A DNA stretch of 64,000 nt from Candidatus Hydrogenedentota bacterium (GCA_045863295.1 BTWA01000015.1:61408-125407); one strand, 5' to 3'. Positions 25,079 to 35,606 are shown, counted from the first letter of the stretch. A program made the numbers and translations. Notes: a model not told the origin generated them from the letters alone.

Positions 25079-26239
25079 TCACTCCTCCTTTAGAAAGTAC
25101 TTCTTGCCATCCTGCCAGACGTACCAGCGGCCAGTGTCCATATCTACCATGGCATCCGGATACGACTTGCGGATGTTCGATTCAAGCGCTTCTTGCGCCA
25201 TCTGTGTAGTTATTTTTTTGGGCTGGATTGATTCTTCAGACGATTCTTCCGCCGATTCGGCCGACGCTGCGCCTTTCCAGATTCCAAGCCTATTTGCTAC
25301 CTCACGGTACAATGTGGCGTCGTCTATATCCGGATCGTATTCCCGTATATCGTTCAATGCCTTATGAAAATCCTTGGCCATCTGCGTATGCTTTTTTTCA
25401 TCATCGAGAAACCCGCTTGTATCGACTCCGTACTTTTGAGCTCGATTCATTGCCTCGGTAAAATAGGTCTTAGACGGCCTTCCTTTGATCGGTTCCAAGT
25501 CCGCTATGTCCTTCGTTTCCTGGTACCGCTTCAGAGATTCCGGAGTGTACTTGCCGTACATCGACATTCGTTCCCGTCGTTGCCCTTCAACGGTGCGTCC
25601 GAGGGCATCGGAGAATTCACGGTTCTTATCGAATGCGAGACGGTCCTTACCAAGTTGAATGTCGGCATCCATACCTTCCTGCCGCAAGGCCAGTTCTTGT
25701 TGTGCCCGTGCCTCGTCTTGGGCCATGCGTTGTTCCTGGAGGTCCAACCCTTTCTCCCGCAACACATTGTCGGCTTCATGCAACCGCCCACGGATGGCGA
25801 GTTCCACCAAAGTGCGGTTCCGTTGCCAGATGCGTTCGTCTTGTTGTTCCAACCGGTTGGCGAGCTGGTCCCGCACACCAAACGTGGTCAACGTCTGCGC
25901 CTTTGCCCCTTGCATCGCCCGTCGCCGGATTCCCATGGCAGTGCCGCCCGGTGTCGTCGGACCTACTCCAGGCGATAGCGCGGATATCATTGCCGCCTCG
26001 GACGCCGAGTCCTGCAGCGCATCCCGCTCGCCCACGCCCTGCATGCGCGTCATGTAGGTCACATCCGGTACCGGTGGACCGCCACCCGGGCGCGTGCTTT
26101 TCAACTGCCGTGGCATGGGCGGAGTGGTAGCCGATGGTGTGGCCTGGGCCATGCCTGGATCTGCCGATGGCACGGCCGCAGCCGAAGCTCGGCGCGTAGA
26201 CTGTATCCGGCGCCGCTGGTGGTAAGGTGTCTCGAACAT
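25079..26239 (-). CDS. Putative internal virion / ejection protein (coiled-coil)
   Basis: ATG 26239 after AGGAGA; Q/R/E-rich helical sequence; directly precedes the polyvalent gene. Confidence 0.6.
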   Translation of the reverse strand: MFETPYHQRRRIQSTRRASAAAVPSADPGMAQATPSATTPPMPRQLKSTRPGGGPPVPDVTYMTRMQGVGERDALQDSASEAAMISALSPGVGPTTPGGTAMGIRRRAMQGAKAQTLTTFGVRDQLANRLEQQDERIWQRNRTLVELAIRGRLHEADNVLREKGLDLQEQRMAQDEARAQQELALRQEGMDADIQLGKDRLAFDKNREFSDALGRTVEGQRRERMSMYGKYTPESLKRYQETKDIADLEPIKGRPSKTYFTEAMNRAQKYGVDTSGFLDDEKKHTQMAKDFHKALNDIREYDPDIDDATLYREVANRLGIWKGAASAESAEESSEESIQPKKITTQMAQEALESNIRKSYPDAMVDMDTGRWYVWQDGKKYFLKEE

Positions 26240-26252
26240 GAAAGGTCTCCTG

Positions 26253-27485
26253 TTAGTCGCCTGTACCGACAAGGCCGACGTACTCTTTTTCCGGGTCAGC
26301 GGCGGCGCCGGCATAAAGAAATCCGCTGAACAAATACGGGTTCCCATCCGGGGACCCTGGGCGGTCAAAATAGGGTGAAGCGTTCTGGCTTATGGTCTTG
26401 CCGTCTTCGCTGTAGGAAGCAAACGAACCTGGCAATGTGGGTTCATACACCGCAACCAGATACAGTTCGTCCGGGTCTCCTAAATCCACATCCACATCAA
26501 TGGCGAAATAATCAGCGGGCATCGAATCCGGAGAAGGGTGCGCATCGGGAGTGCCTGCATATGTTTTCGAGGACAAGAGCGTATGAGAAAAGACCTCGCT
26601 CCACGATCGAGCCGAAGGCGACAACGCCTGCTGTGTTTCGAACGCCGCCTGGGTCACCTGGTACAAAGACCAGGTGCCTGCCCATTGACTGGAAACCTTG
26701 GTATAAGTTCCGCTTAGGTAGGATTCGTACCGTGGATCGGTTTCTTCCAATGCCACACTGAACCAGAGTTTGTGACTATACGGACGTTCCGCTGCCTGTG
26801 AACTGCCGTCATACACACACTTAATCCACCGTTGAATGCGTCTGTACTGCCAGGAGCCCGCCAATCCAGGTCCGTCCGTGGCGTTCCTGTATGAGAGAGC
26901 GGTACCGGCGTTTCCGATAGTCTCGGCAGAAAATGAGGATTGAGTGCTGGATATGGTGAACCCTTCCGAAGTGTCAACCGTTATAGTCCGCCGCAAGTAC
27001 CGAATTCCTTTGTGGAAAGAAATCACCACGTCCTCGGGCACGGACAAGAGGGCCTGGATCGCCAGAATGATGTCATCCCACTTTTCCGGAAGGTCTAAGT
27101 CACCAAGGGCTTCGGGATATGTAAGCGGACCGGCCACGGTGAATGGGGTGGCATCGTGCTTGTCCAGTGCGTACACCTGGGAGTCAATGATGGTTTCTAA
27201 CGCCGCCTGCATCTCGGGTATCAGTAGGTCCCTGATCCGATCCCTGGGAAATGGCGGTACTTCCAACGCGGCAAGCGCGTCCGGATTGCTCGTGTCGGCG
27301 ATACCGGTGAACACAGTCTCTGTCAGTCCTGCGAAGGCCTCACGCCCACTGATCTCTTCCAGGAGTTGCATCCAGACCTTGCTTGGATACCAGTTGTGCA
27401 TACCGAGGGACGGGTTATCCGTCTTACGGAACCTGATCCACTCCGTTTCCCCGTAGTCGTATATGTCGCCGCCAACGCCTGGCAT
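26253..27485 (-). CDS. Hypothetical virion-module protein
   Basis: 410-aa ORF translationally coupled (TGATG) within the tail operon. Confidence 0.6.
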   Translation of the reverse strand: MPGVGGDIYDYGETEWIRFRKTDNPSLGMHNWYPSKVWMQLLEEISGREAFAGLTETVFTGIADTSNPDALAALEVPPFPRDRIRDLLIPEMQAALETIIDSQVYALDKHDATPFTVAGPLTYPEALGDLDLPEKWDDIILAIQALLSVPEDVVISFHKGIRYLRRTITVDTSEGFTISSTQSSFSAETIGNAGTALSYRNATDGPGLAGSWQYRRIQRWIKCVYDGSSQAAERPYSHKLWFSVALEETDPRYESYLSGTYTKVSSQWAGTWSLYQVTQAAFETQQALSPSARSWSEVFSHTLLSSKTYAGTPDAHPSPDSMPADYFAIDVDVDLGDPDELYLVAVYEPTLPGSFASYSEDGKTISQNASPYFDRPGSPDGNPYLFSGFLYAGAAADPEKEYVGLVGTGD

Positions 27486-28141
27486 CAGACCGCACTCCCT
27501 ACTTCACCGGTTTTTGTCACGAAGTCGCTGCAGGCCCTCCAGACCGCCCGGTACTGGTCGCCAAACCACAATCCTTCCGGAGTGGCAATAAGGAATGGTC
27601 TCCCCGGAATCTCGGGAAACACTTCTCCAGTCTGATACTGAGGAATTTCGAACCCCGACCCGGATTGTTCCCAGTTCACTGGCAAGTCACCTACAACCAA
27701 CTCTGTACGCGATCGATGCACGGTCATTACATCGGGATCCGAGATACGCGCATCGGGCGTTTTGGCCACAACCACTTCGGACCCATCCTCCTCTGTGACC
27801 GGGTTGTAGAACTTGCAGAGATAATGCGTGCCTTCATCGGACAGGATGCGAACGTACCGGTGAATAGGAAATTTGGCTTTAAGTAAGTCAATCTCTTTCT
27901 GGAGTTTCCGCGCTTTGCGTTCAAGCTCCTCGATGCGCTTGCGCAGACTGGTATCGTCGTAGGCGTCCGTTTCTTCCGCGTCGGTACCAGACTTGATTCC
28001 GGCCAGTTCCTGCCAAAGCTCTTCGATGCCCGCCTGTAAACTGGCCACGTGATCGGCCACCGCCTGGTCCGCGATTCCGCTGACCCCTTCAAACCCGGGA
28101 CCCACCATCTTCGGCCGCTGCCGTACGATCTCGTCGCTCAT
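27485..28141 (-). CDS. Hypothetical tail-associated coiled-coil protein
   Basis: ATGA overlap with the nozzle gene; N-terminal heptad-rich segment, C-terminal beta-rich part. Confidence 0.6.
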   Translation of the reverse strand: MSDEIVRQRPKMVGPGFEGVSGIADQAVADHVASLQAGIEELWQELAGIKSGTDAEETDAYDDTSLRKRIEELERKARKLQKEIDLLKAKFPIHRYVRILSDEGTHYLCKFYNPVTEEDGSEVVVAKTPDARISDPDVMTVHRSRTELVVGDLPVNWEQSGSGFEIPQYQTGEVFPEIPGRPFLIATPEGLWFGDQYRAVWRACSDFVTKTGEVGSAV

Positions 28142-31100
28142 CGCCGGATCGCCTCCAGGCTCATCCCTAAAGCCAGTTCATGCACTTGCGTGGTCGATGG
28201 GTAGATCACGTCTACTTTCACTTGCCGGTCCGGTCGCATGCGCGGCAACCAGATCGACCTCCCATCGTGCGCGCTCGATGTCAACAGAACGGCACCGGCT
28301 GCGCTCGTGAACCGGACTTGAACGGGGTACGCGTCTGCTGTGACACGCATGGTTGCGAATGCGGCCGGCGATGGAAACAGCACATACTTGCCAAACCAGC
28401 TCCACGGCTCGCGATCGCGCGTGATGAATACCACCCCGTTCTTGACCGGGTACCATTCACGGGCGAGCAACACAAGGGAGTCGATGTTGGCTGTTCCCGG
28501 GTCAATGTCTATATCCCATCCCTTGCCATTAGGAAGGCTTGCGCTGAATTCCGCCTCGTCAGCGCTGGTCACGGACAGGGTTTGTTGCACAGCCCCGTCC
28601 AGAATGAGTCGTATGGGAATTGGGTAAGCACTGGCGGCCAATCGCGCCCCGGACCAGCTCCCCGTATCCTTGAACTCGCCGTGAATATTCCGCCATGCAA
28701 CCCGCCCGTTCCCTGGAATGACGAGGCCTCCGCCTTCTACGGGCCGGGAATCTTCTCCGAACATGTAAGCCGCACTTACAAGATGGTCTTCGCCCGCGAA
28801 ATCGAATTGGACCGTGCGCACGTGATACGTGTTGTCAATCCGGACTTCGGTGTTGTCCGAAACCGTGAACCGCTTCGTACGCGTCGTGGCGTCGTTCACG
28901 TACAGGTCCAGGGAGACGGTCTCTGATGTACTCACCTTAAAGCTGCGCGGGATCCAGGGAGCTGCGAATTCGAATATCCCGTACATCCAGGACGGAAAAA
29001 GGGCACTCCCTACCCGGGATTCAATCACGTCTCGCGCGGGTATGTGCACATATGGCATGAGGGTCACCACCCCAACGTCCGCCGTCGTCTCAATGTCGAC
29101 TTCATACGTGGAGGCCTTTGGCATGGATTTCGGTAGCGTGAACGCGTGGCCAACCACAACTCGTTTGCTCAACACCAGGTCGCCGTCTGCATAGAAGTGC
29201 AACCACACCGGGTTGGAAACCAGGTCTGGATCGGAGGCCTGTGCTGGCGCAGCCACAAACCCGCATGCGAAGGCGTTCGGAAACGTAAACCGGAACACGT
29301 TCTTGCGCAATCCCGGCCCGGTAATGACGGCAGGCTGTCCCTCGGCCAGAATCCTCGGTTGTTTGAAATAAACGTTCGCCCGCTTGACCAGGTGATCGTT
29401 TCCGCCGAAATCGAACGAGTACTCGCTGGTACCGGCCACGGCCGTAAACCGCACTTCTCCCGGTTCGGTCACGGAAATGGTTTCTGTGGGTTCTGTATCT
29501 CCATCCTTGAACACCCGGAAGGGTATTGGGTACGACTCTGCGAAAACGTCCACGGATGTCGGCGTCATTCGGTCGATGGACTGCCACTTGGTGAACAGCC
29601 AGGGCGACACCCCGGCCTCTGGCCGTACCAGGGGCAGAATATCCCCTGCAAAACTCTCGCGCCGCCACGGGATGAGCAACAGACGAAATACCCGGGCCTG
29701 GGTGTAGATGGACCGAATCCAATTGGCCGCGCGTGGCAGGGATCGTGGAAATTGGAATACAAACCCGTTTGCAATCATTTGATCGAACACGACGGCGCCG
29801 TCAGCGGTCAGTTCAAGGCGCACGCTCTCGTAATTCGTAGCGCCGATGGCTCCGCACGCAAATCCGCCACGGTCCGGAAACTTGTAATGGACGCCGATGA
29901 GGGAGTCCGGATCCGTCTCGTCTATCCCACCGTCAGAGACATTCCGTTCCACCCGCACCTTGATGGCGATGTCCCTGATTTCGTGGTCCTTGTCGCTGGC
30001 CACGTCGAATTCGACACAGCCGGTGAGTAGAGACGACGCGATCGCGTGTTCATGCGGGCCCGACACGGTCACGGAAAGGGTAGCCGTCTCAGCCCGGTCG
30101 TAATACAGGTTGATGGTCTGCGGATAGGCGTCCGCTTCCACCGTGATGGCCTGTAGGGCAGTGGGTTTCTCCAACTCGTACACCTTGCCTGCCCAGGGTG
30201 GAATCGGACCGTCGTTCAACTCGCGAATGACGGCGCCGGCCGGTACCTGTTGACGCCGCACCAGTACCAGTCGATCGATCGCCTTGTCGCAATGGGCGTC
30301 CACCATCCACAACCGGCCGCGCCGCGTGCCTCGCGCGAACTTCTGGTACCCGGTACCCGTCGTGGTCACTGCCGCCGCAGGCGCACCGTCTGCGAACAGG
30401 CGCACGTCCGTTTCACCGCCGTGTTGCGCCACCACCTGAATTCCAGAGAGCCGGTCCGGTTGCCCCATGTTCACCCAAATGGACCGCCAGGTCCCTACTC
30501 GATCCGGAGTCAGTTCAAGCGTACCGCCGTCCATGGAAAGAATGGACCGTTCATAGGCTTCGAATCGGCGCACCACGCCAACACTGCGCATATGGAAATA
30601 CCATTCATACGCGGCCGTAACCTCGCTGTCGTCGGCAGGATTTGTTACGAGAGGAATGGGATCCTTGCCGGTGACTTCCAGTGTCTTGATCAGCACGCCG
30701 TCCGCGTATACGTCCAGCGAAACGGTCTCTGTGCCGTCTACCCGGAAGTGGTCAAAGACGACGGGCGTGTCATAGAGAAAGACCTGGGACCGGAATTCCC
30801 ACGCCGCCGGCGTCAAGGAATCGTACGTGGTGATGCTTACTCCGTTCCGGAGATCGATACAAAGGTTTCGCCGGCTATCCGATTCTGTCGTGTATTCGAC
30901 CAGTATGCAGTTGTCCACGGTCTTGCACGTCATGTGCTCGGGAGAAAGCGCCATCCACTGGGCGCGCGTGTAATGATCCTTGGTGATGATCTGCGGGGCT
31001 CCGCCGTTGCTGGCCGCCAACCCGCCCTGGGTCGGCCAGAACACCGTTTGCCCAATCCGGCATAGACCGCGCACGTTCAGAAGCGGGTGCGTATCGGACA

Positions 31101-32403
31101 GTCTGGTTTTGGACAGCAATGCAGGGTTTCCACCGGCCTCTCCATAGAGTATCTGCCGGTCATCCCCTACTCGGTCGAACACCAGCGTGGTGTTGGATCC
31201 CGCGAGCGCGATTGCCATCGGGTTGCGGTATGGAGTACTCCATTCTTTCGGCCAGGCGTGAAACCGGATAATGTCGGATTTCCATACCTTATCGTCGTAC
31301 AACGCCACCGCGTACTGATTCGGATGCAGGAAGCTGCCGCGCAAGAACGTGGACTTGGTCCCGCCGTGGTTTCCAAACGGCGGAATCGGTTCGTCGGTTT
31401 GAGGCGTATCCGTGTAGTCCTCATACGTGGTTTCCCCTGATGGAATGTCATCCAGGAGCACAAAATCATCCCGGCCCGTGGTGGACCGGTATATCCGGAG
31501 TTGGCTATACCCGGACGGTTTAGGCGTGTTCAACGTGAGAATCTGTCCCGGCTGGACAATGAGGCGATCGCTCTTCTTCGAGGGCGGGCCCTCAATCGGC
31601 GTGTTCTCGTCGATATCCCCAATATTCACCGAGGTCACGTAGTAAAACTGCTGTTGCCGCGGCCGCGTATAGTTCATGTCGAAGCGGAACACTACCCAAC
31701 AGCCGCCAGACCGGATCGTGATGTCCTGCGTCTCGACCACGTAAGTCTCTTCGTACGTCGGCCCGTACACGTCGGCTGCCTGCATGTTCGCGTATACCTT
31801 CGCGTTCTTGTCGTACAAAGGCACGCTGATATTCGGTAGCTGCAGGTCCGACTCGCTCGCTACCGTGGGATAGGTTTGCTCCAATATGGGTCCGCCGTAG
31901 TCGTTCCCGGCGTCGGCGGCAAACGCAAACCGGTACTGTGGACCTTTGAAAAAGTAGGGGTGCTCCGGGTCAATCGTGAATTCATAGGTGTTCAGGCCAA
32001 GGAAACAAATAACAAACATGGACGCTTCGTTGTATGCCACCTGGCTTATGGTCAATGCGTCGGCGCGCAGTGCCGTTACTTCCATTTCGCCCGTCACGTC
32101 GCTGAATTGGCTTACCCAATCGTAGGCGAATATTTGCAGCCATTCCTCCGGATTCGCGATATACGCAAGCGAATTCTGTGTTGGCCGGGATGGTTTTGGA
32201 ATTTTGAACACGTCCGAGGATGGAACCCCGGATTTAAGGTACGGACCTTCGTGCATGGTGTTGTACGGGCCCGGCAGTCGTAACCGCTTGATGGCGCCGC
32301 CCGAGATGTCGCAGTTGTGGGCGAGTTGCGCCGCGCCCTCGGGCAGTTTGTCCGAGGCAATCATCGGGACGATGCCGCGAAACCCGTTCAGTCGTATCGG
32401 CAT
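28138..32403 (-). CDS. Podovirus nozzle / tail tubular B / stabilisation-type protein with about 9 tandem C-terminal domains
   Basis: N-terminus MPIRLNGFRGIVPMIASDKLPEGAAQLAHNCDISGG, EGPPS, RIYRST, FHAWP typical of this family; follows the adaptor genes. Confidence 0.75.
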   Translation of the reverse strand: MPIRLNGFRGIVPMIASDKLPEGAAQLAHNCDISGGAIKRLRLPGPYNTMHEGPYLKSGVPSSDVFKIPKPSRPTQNSLAYIANPEEWLQIFAYDWVSQFSDVTGEMEVTALRADALTISQVAYNEASMFVICFLGLNTYEFTIDPEHPYFFKGPQYRFAFAADAGNDYGGPILEQTYPTVASESDLQLPNISVPLYDKNAKVYANMQAADVYGPTYEETYVVETQDITIRSGGCWVVFRFDMNYTRPRQQQFYYVTSVNIGDIDENTPIEGPPSKKSDRLIVQPGQILTLNTPKPSGYSQLRIYRSTTGRDDFVLLDDIPSGETTYEDYTDTPQTDEPIPPFGNHGGTKSTFLRGSFLHPNQYAVALYDDKVWKSDIIRFHAWPKEWSTPYRNPMAIALAGSNTTLVFDRVGDDRQILYGEAGGNPALLSKTRLSDTHPLLNVRGLCRIGQTVFWPTQGGLAASNGGAPQIITKDHYTRAQWMALSPEHMTCKTVDNCILVEYTTESDSRRNLCIDLRNGVSITTYDSLTPAAWEFRSQVFLYDTPVVFDHFRVDGTETVSLDVYADGVLIKTLEVTGKDPIPLVTNPADDSEVTAAYEWYFHMRSVGVVRRFEAYERSILSMDGGTLELTPDRVGTWRSIWVNMGQPDRLSGIQVVAQHGGETDVRLFADGAPAAAVTTTGTGYQKFARGTRRGRLWMVDAHCDKAIDRLVLVRRQQVPAGAVIRELNDGPIPPWAGKVYELEKPTALQAITVEADAYPQTINLYYDRAETATLSVTVSGPHEHAIASSLLTGCVEFDVASDKDHEIRDIAIKVRVERNVSDGGIDETDPDSLIGVHYKFPDRGGFACGAIGATNYESVRLELTADGAVVFDQMIANGFVFQFPRSLPRAANWIRSIYTQARVFRLLLIPWRRESFAGDILPLVRPEAGVSPWLFTKWQSIDRMTPTSVDVFAESYPIPFRVFKDGDTEPTETISVTEPGEVRFTAVAGTSEYSFDFGGNDHLVKRANVYFKQPRILAEGQPAVITGPGLRKNVFRFTFPNAFACGFVAAPAQASDPDLVSNPVWLHFYADGDLVLSKRVVVGHAFTLPKSMPKASTYEVDIETTADVGVVTLMPYVHIPARDVIESRVGSALFPSWMYGIFEFAAPWIPRSFKVSTSETVSLDLYVNDATTRTKRFTVSDNTEVRIDNTYHVRTVQFDFAGEDHLVSAAYMFGEDSRPVEGGGLVIPGNGRVAWRNIHGEFKDTGSWSGARLAASAYPIPIRLILDGAVQQTLSVTSADEAEFSASLPNGKGWDIDIDPGTANIDSLVLLAREWYPVKNGVVFITRDREPWSWFGKYVLFPSPAAFATMRVTADAYPVQVRFTSAAGAVLLTSSAHDGRSIWLPRMRPDRQVKVDVIYPSTTQVHELALGMSLEAIRR

Positions 32404-32406
32404 GGC

Positions 32407-32769
32407 TCATTTTCCCACCCTGGGCGACAACCCGAGAAGCTCCGCGAGACACGCACTGGCAAACACGCCAGATAGTTGTATGTTCGCCGCATCCTGCCCT
32501 TCCTCGGATAGGGCCTTCGAACATACCCACAAGGCCAATGGCTCTTTGCCGCGACGGTCTAACGTGAGGGTATCGTTTAGGGTAGTGGGCTCCACGATCT
32601 CTGCGATCGTGTCGTCTGCGGTCAAGTAGTAGTGCGGAGCGTAGTGTTTCACTGCCCGCTGCGCATCGTACAGGTACCCAAGCAGCGAGGCATCGGTCCA
32701 ACGGTACGCGCCCGCCGTGTCATCGTGTAATTTCTGGCGCACAAGCGCAATGACGTCGCCGGCCGTCAT
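32407..32769 (-). CDS. Phage adaptor / head-tail connector protein
   Basis: MTAGDVIALVRQKLHD...RWTDASLLGYLYDAQR pattern typical of podovirus adaptors. Confidence 0.7.
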   Translation of the reverse strand: MTAGDVIALVRQKLHDDTAGAYRWTDASLLGYLYDAQRAVKHYAPHYYLTADDTIAEIVEPTTLNDTLTLDRRGKEPLALWVCSKALSEEGQDAANIQLSGVFASACLAELLGLSPRVGK

Positions 32770-33608
32770 ACAAACCTCCGTCGTCGAGGCTGAATCACAC
32801 CTGGCCCGTTTGCCGTCAGTATCTGGCGTTTGGCCTTCACCATCGCTTCGCGGTACCCCAAAAGGCGTTTATTGGCTTCGCCCGGGTTGCTCCACGGCTT
32901 TCCCGGCATCGAAAGCAGATCCGCCAACGCTCCATCCGCCAACCCATCGCCATACTTGGTAATGAACCACGAGGGATAGACGGTGCAGGAAACGTTCGGT
33001 TCGAACACCACACTGGGCACAATGTCCAAATCATCCACGCCCGCTTCCGCGCACAAGGTCAACAGGGTGGCTTCGTTGTTCACCCTGTAGTTCACCCGGA
33101 GACCGTCTACCGTGACCTGGTTGACGCGCAGAATTGTGGCGTCGTAGTCCGTTGCCAACTCATATTCGTCCTCGCCTTCTTCTGTGGGGATGGCGTCCAG
33201 GTCCTCTTGCCATATACCGGTTTTCACGCAGAAGTCCCGCGCAGTCCGGCGTAGCACCTGTTTCACGATCGCGTCGTCGGCGCCGGCATGCGAGAGAATG
33301 AGCGGAAGAACGTCGTACAGGTTTCCCGTGTTGGGAGCTCGCTTGGACCACGGAACATGGTAATTCTCGCCGCCGTACACAAAGTGGAACGAGTACACGT
33401 ATTCCACGTAGGGAATAACGTCCTCAATTTCGTAGGAGTACAGCCCTGTGCCGTCGTGGGTCACTGCGGTACCGGCGTCTACAACCACTTCGCCGGTGTC
33501 GCGCCGCTTCACTCCGTAGGCCGCACTTCCGTTGCTGAGCGCTGCTGCGGAGGCGTTGGTCAGAACGCCATCGATCTTGAAGCTGGCGCGAATTGTCATG
33601 TTGGCCAT
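32766..33608 (-). CDS. Second adaptor-like protein with an extra N-terminal beta domain
   Basis: ARDFCVKTGIW and DGALADLLSMPGKPWSNP motifs. Confidence 0.7.
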   Translation of the reverse strand: MANMTIRASFKIDGVLTNASAAALSNGSAAYGVKRRDTGEVVVDAGTAVTHDGTGLYSYEIEDVIPYVEYVYSFHFVYGGENYHVPWSKRAPNTGNLYDVLPLILSHAGADDAIVKQVLRRTARDFCVKTGIWQEDLDAIPTEEGEDEYELATDYDATILRVNQVTVDGLRVNYRVNNEATLLTLCAEAGVDDLDIVPSVVFEPNVSCTVYPSWFITKYGDGLADGALADLLSMPGKPWSNPGEANKRLLGYREAMVKAKRQILTANGPGVIQPRRRRFV

Positions 33609-34039
33609 TACTGCGTTGCCTCATAATGACGAATCAAGGAATTGCGCAGATCCTGGGTAAATTCTTCCAGCTTCTCCGTGTGAAGTGGCTTTAGAACTGC
33701 GTATGCCTCTGGATGTCTTTCTTCGATAAACCCAAGCAGATGTCGCTCACACCATTTGAAGTAGCAGGTACATACGGTGTGTGAAAACTCATGCAGCAAG
33801 TACCGGAGTTGCTTTTCCTCACTGCCTTCAAAGAATCCCGGATAAAGACTTATGACTACTTGGCGGTATTCCGGATCGCAGTTGATACAGCAACAATCAT
33901 TGCTTTCGCCGCTAACGTCACACAGGGAAACGGTTTCGACCCAGTTGGGCAATATGTACTTTAGCTTTTCCACCATGGCAAGGACCTGTTGTTCTCGGGC
34001 CTTGTTCTCGAAGTTGTTCATGACGATTCGGATTTTCAT
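33608..34039 (-). CDS. Putative zinc metallopeptidase-like protein
   Basis: LLHEFSH (HExxH) with a downstream EE; coupled to its neighbours. Confidence 0.55.
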   Translation of the reverse strand: MKIRIVMNNFENKAREQQVLAMVEKLKYILPNWVETVSLCDVSGESNDCCCINCDPEYRQVVISLYPGFFEGSEEKQLRYLLHEFSHTVCTCYFKWCERHLLGFIEERHPEAYAVLKPLHTEKLEEFTQDLRNSLIRHYEATQ

Positions 34040-34155
34040 TCCTCGGCATCCAGGTCAGGGTTTTCGATTTCCACATCATGGGTATCCGTCTCTTCGCTCG
34101 GAGTGCTGGCCATTCCCATGGTCATCCAGGCCAACGGATTGAAACTGGTACCCAT
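34036..34155 (-). CDS. 39-aa small protein
   Basis: Below the track cutoff. MGTSFNPLAWMTMGMASTPSEETDTHDVEIENPDLDAEE; TAATG and ATGA coupling on both sides. Confidence 0.6.
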   Translation of the reverse strand: MGTSFNPLAWMTMGMASTPSEETDTHDVEIENPDLDAEE

Positions 34156-35147
34156 TAGGCTGCCTCCTCGACCGTGCGTCCAGTGCCCGCCGGCGGAATG
34201 GTCATCGTGAATAGAACCTCGTCACCCGCATGGTTGTAGAAGTCATAGACGAAACTCGGGTCGTCGTCTGTCCGGACAATTTTCCCGATGTTTCCGGACC
34301 GTATCTGGGCAATGGCATTCGCCAACGTCAGATCGCCGTCCACAGCTGCCGCAAGGACCGCCGTGGCGGTTTGGGTCGCGGAGGGGATTCCACCTTCGGG
34401 TATGGCCGCGATTATTGTGTCTTGCTTCGCCTCCGTAGCGTCCCCGCCCACCGGCGCATTTTCCAGGGCGTCTGCAGTGAACTTGTACGGAGACGTGGTC
34501 AGCATGGAATCCAGCTTATCCAGGATGGCTTTCAGGGCCGTGGTTGTGGGAGAGGTAACTACAGTGAACGCGAACGCACTCAATGTGCGTGTGGCCGCAC
34601 CCCAAACCGCCGTGGCCACATCGGCTACCAATGTCCCGTAGCTGGATAGTGTGCGACTCGCGCTCGCCCAAACGGCCGTGGCGGCCGCTGTGTTGCTTGC
34701 CCCGGTCGTCGTCACGTATCCAGAACCGTCGGTCGCGAGTTTGTTTGCCGGAGTCACGAGCAACGCGGTGGCAATCGCGGACGTGGTCGGTGCAACCCAG
34801 TGGGCATCGCCATACGCGGAAATGGCGGCTACGGCCGTGCTCAGTTGGTAGACCGCTTCCCCGGTCCAGTCCAGGATCGAGTTGGGCAGGTTTTCGTCAG
34901 CCTCGGCAGGGTTTTCTCCGCCTTGTTCTCGAATACCAAACACGTACTGACCTGCGGCCAACCCTTCGGGAACATCGGCTGAATAATGACCGCTGGCCCC
35001 GTTCTCGGTGAGGGCAATGGCGTAATCGGCCCAATGAGTGTTGTTATAAACTTCAAAGGCAGACCCGGACCAGTACTCACCATCGTCGTCAACGAGGTAT
35101 CCGTACAGATCCAACCCGGGTTCGCCGCTGTAAAAGAGCTTGGCCAT
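34155..35147 (-). CDS. Putative tail/fibre structural protein (Ala/Thr-rich)
   Basis: Repeated ATAVW.a.sRTLS motifs, N-terminal beta domain, tail operon position. Confidence 0.6.
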   Translation of the reverse strand: MAKLFYSGEPGLDLYGYLVDDDGEYWSGSAFEVYNNTHWADYAIALTENGASGHYSADVPEGLAAGQYVFGIREQGGENPAEADENLPNSILDWTGEAVYQLSTAVAAISAYGDAHWVAPTTSAIATALLVTPANKLATDGSGYVTTTGASNTAAATAVWASASRTLSSYGTLVADVATAVWGAATRTLSAFAFTVVTSPTTTALKAILDKLDSMLTTSPYKFTADALENAPVGGDATEAKQDTIIAAIPEGGIPSATQTATAVLAAAVDGDLTLANAIAQIRSGNIGKIVRTDDDPSFVYDFYNHAGDEVLFTMTIPPAGTGRTVEEAA

Positions 35148-35605
35148 TATCCGAATGTCCTTGCATCGACGATATAGCCGTCGGTCGAGTTGTCGGCGTC
35201 CTCAATGGTCGCCATGTTGTTCCGAAGGTGCAGCGTGGCAAACAGCATGCTGTTCGCCGGCGTGTCCGGCTGCTCAGGGACAGATCCTTCATCGCCTTCG
35301 ATGATTGCGAATCCTGTCCCCAGCGTGTAGACCACCAAGTCAATGCGCCGGTAATCTCCGGCACTGCCGCCCGTGGGCGGTGTTACCGGCCCCACCACCT
35401 GGCTCTGCTTTACTTCCACGATCTGGTTGTTCACAAATCCAAGGAACCCACCCACAGTGACAGACAGGCTCGCCGGCACGTCTTCGGTCACTTCGCCCTC
35501 GTCATAGAGATCGCGAAGTATCTTGGTGCCTGCATTGGCCGAGGCACGTGCCAATGCGCGCATCAGCTTCTTCAGTCCGGTTCCTGTCGGCACCGCTACC
35601 GGCAT
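35147..35605 (-). CDS. Putative tail structural protein
   Basis: SLSVTVGG...RRIDLVV...PDTPANSMLFA...IVDAR pattern common in phage fibre N-terminal domains. Confidence 0.55.
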   Translation of the reverse strand: MPVAVPTGTGLKKLMRALARASANAGTKILRDLYDEGEVTEDVPASLSVTVGGFLGFVNNQIVEVKQSQVVGPVTPPTGGSAGDYRRIDLVVYTLGTGFAIIEGDEGSVPEQPDTPANSMLFATLHLRNNMATIEDADNSTDGYIVDARTFG

Positions 35606-35606
35606 G

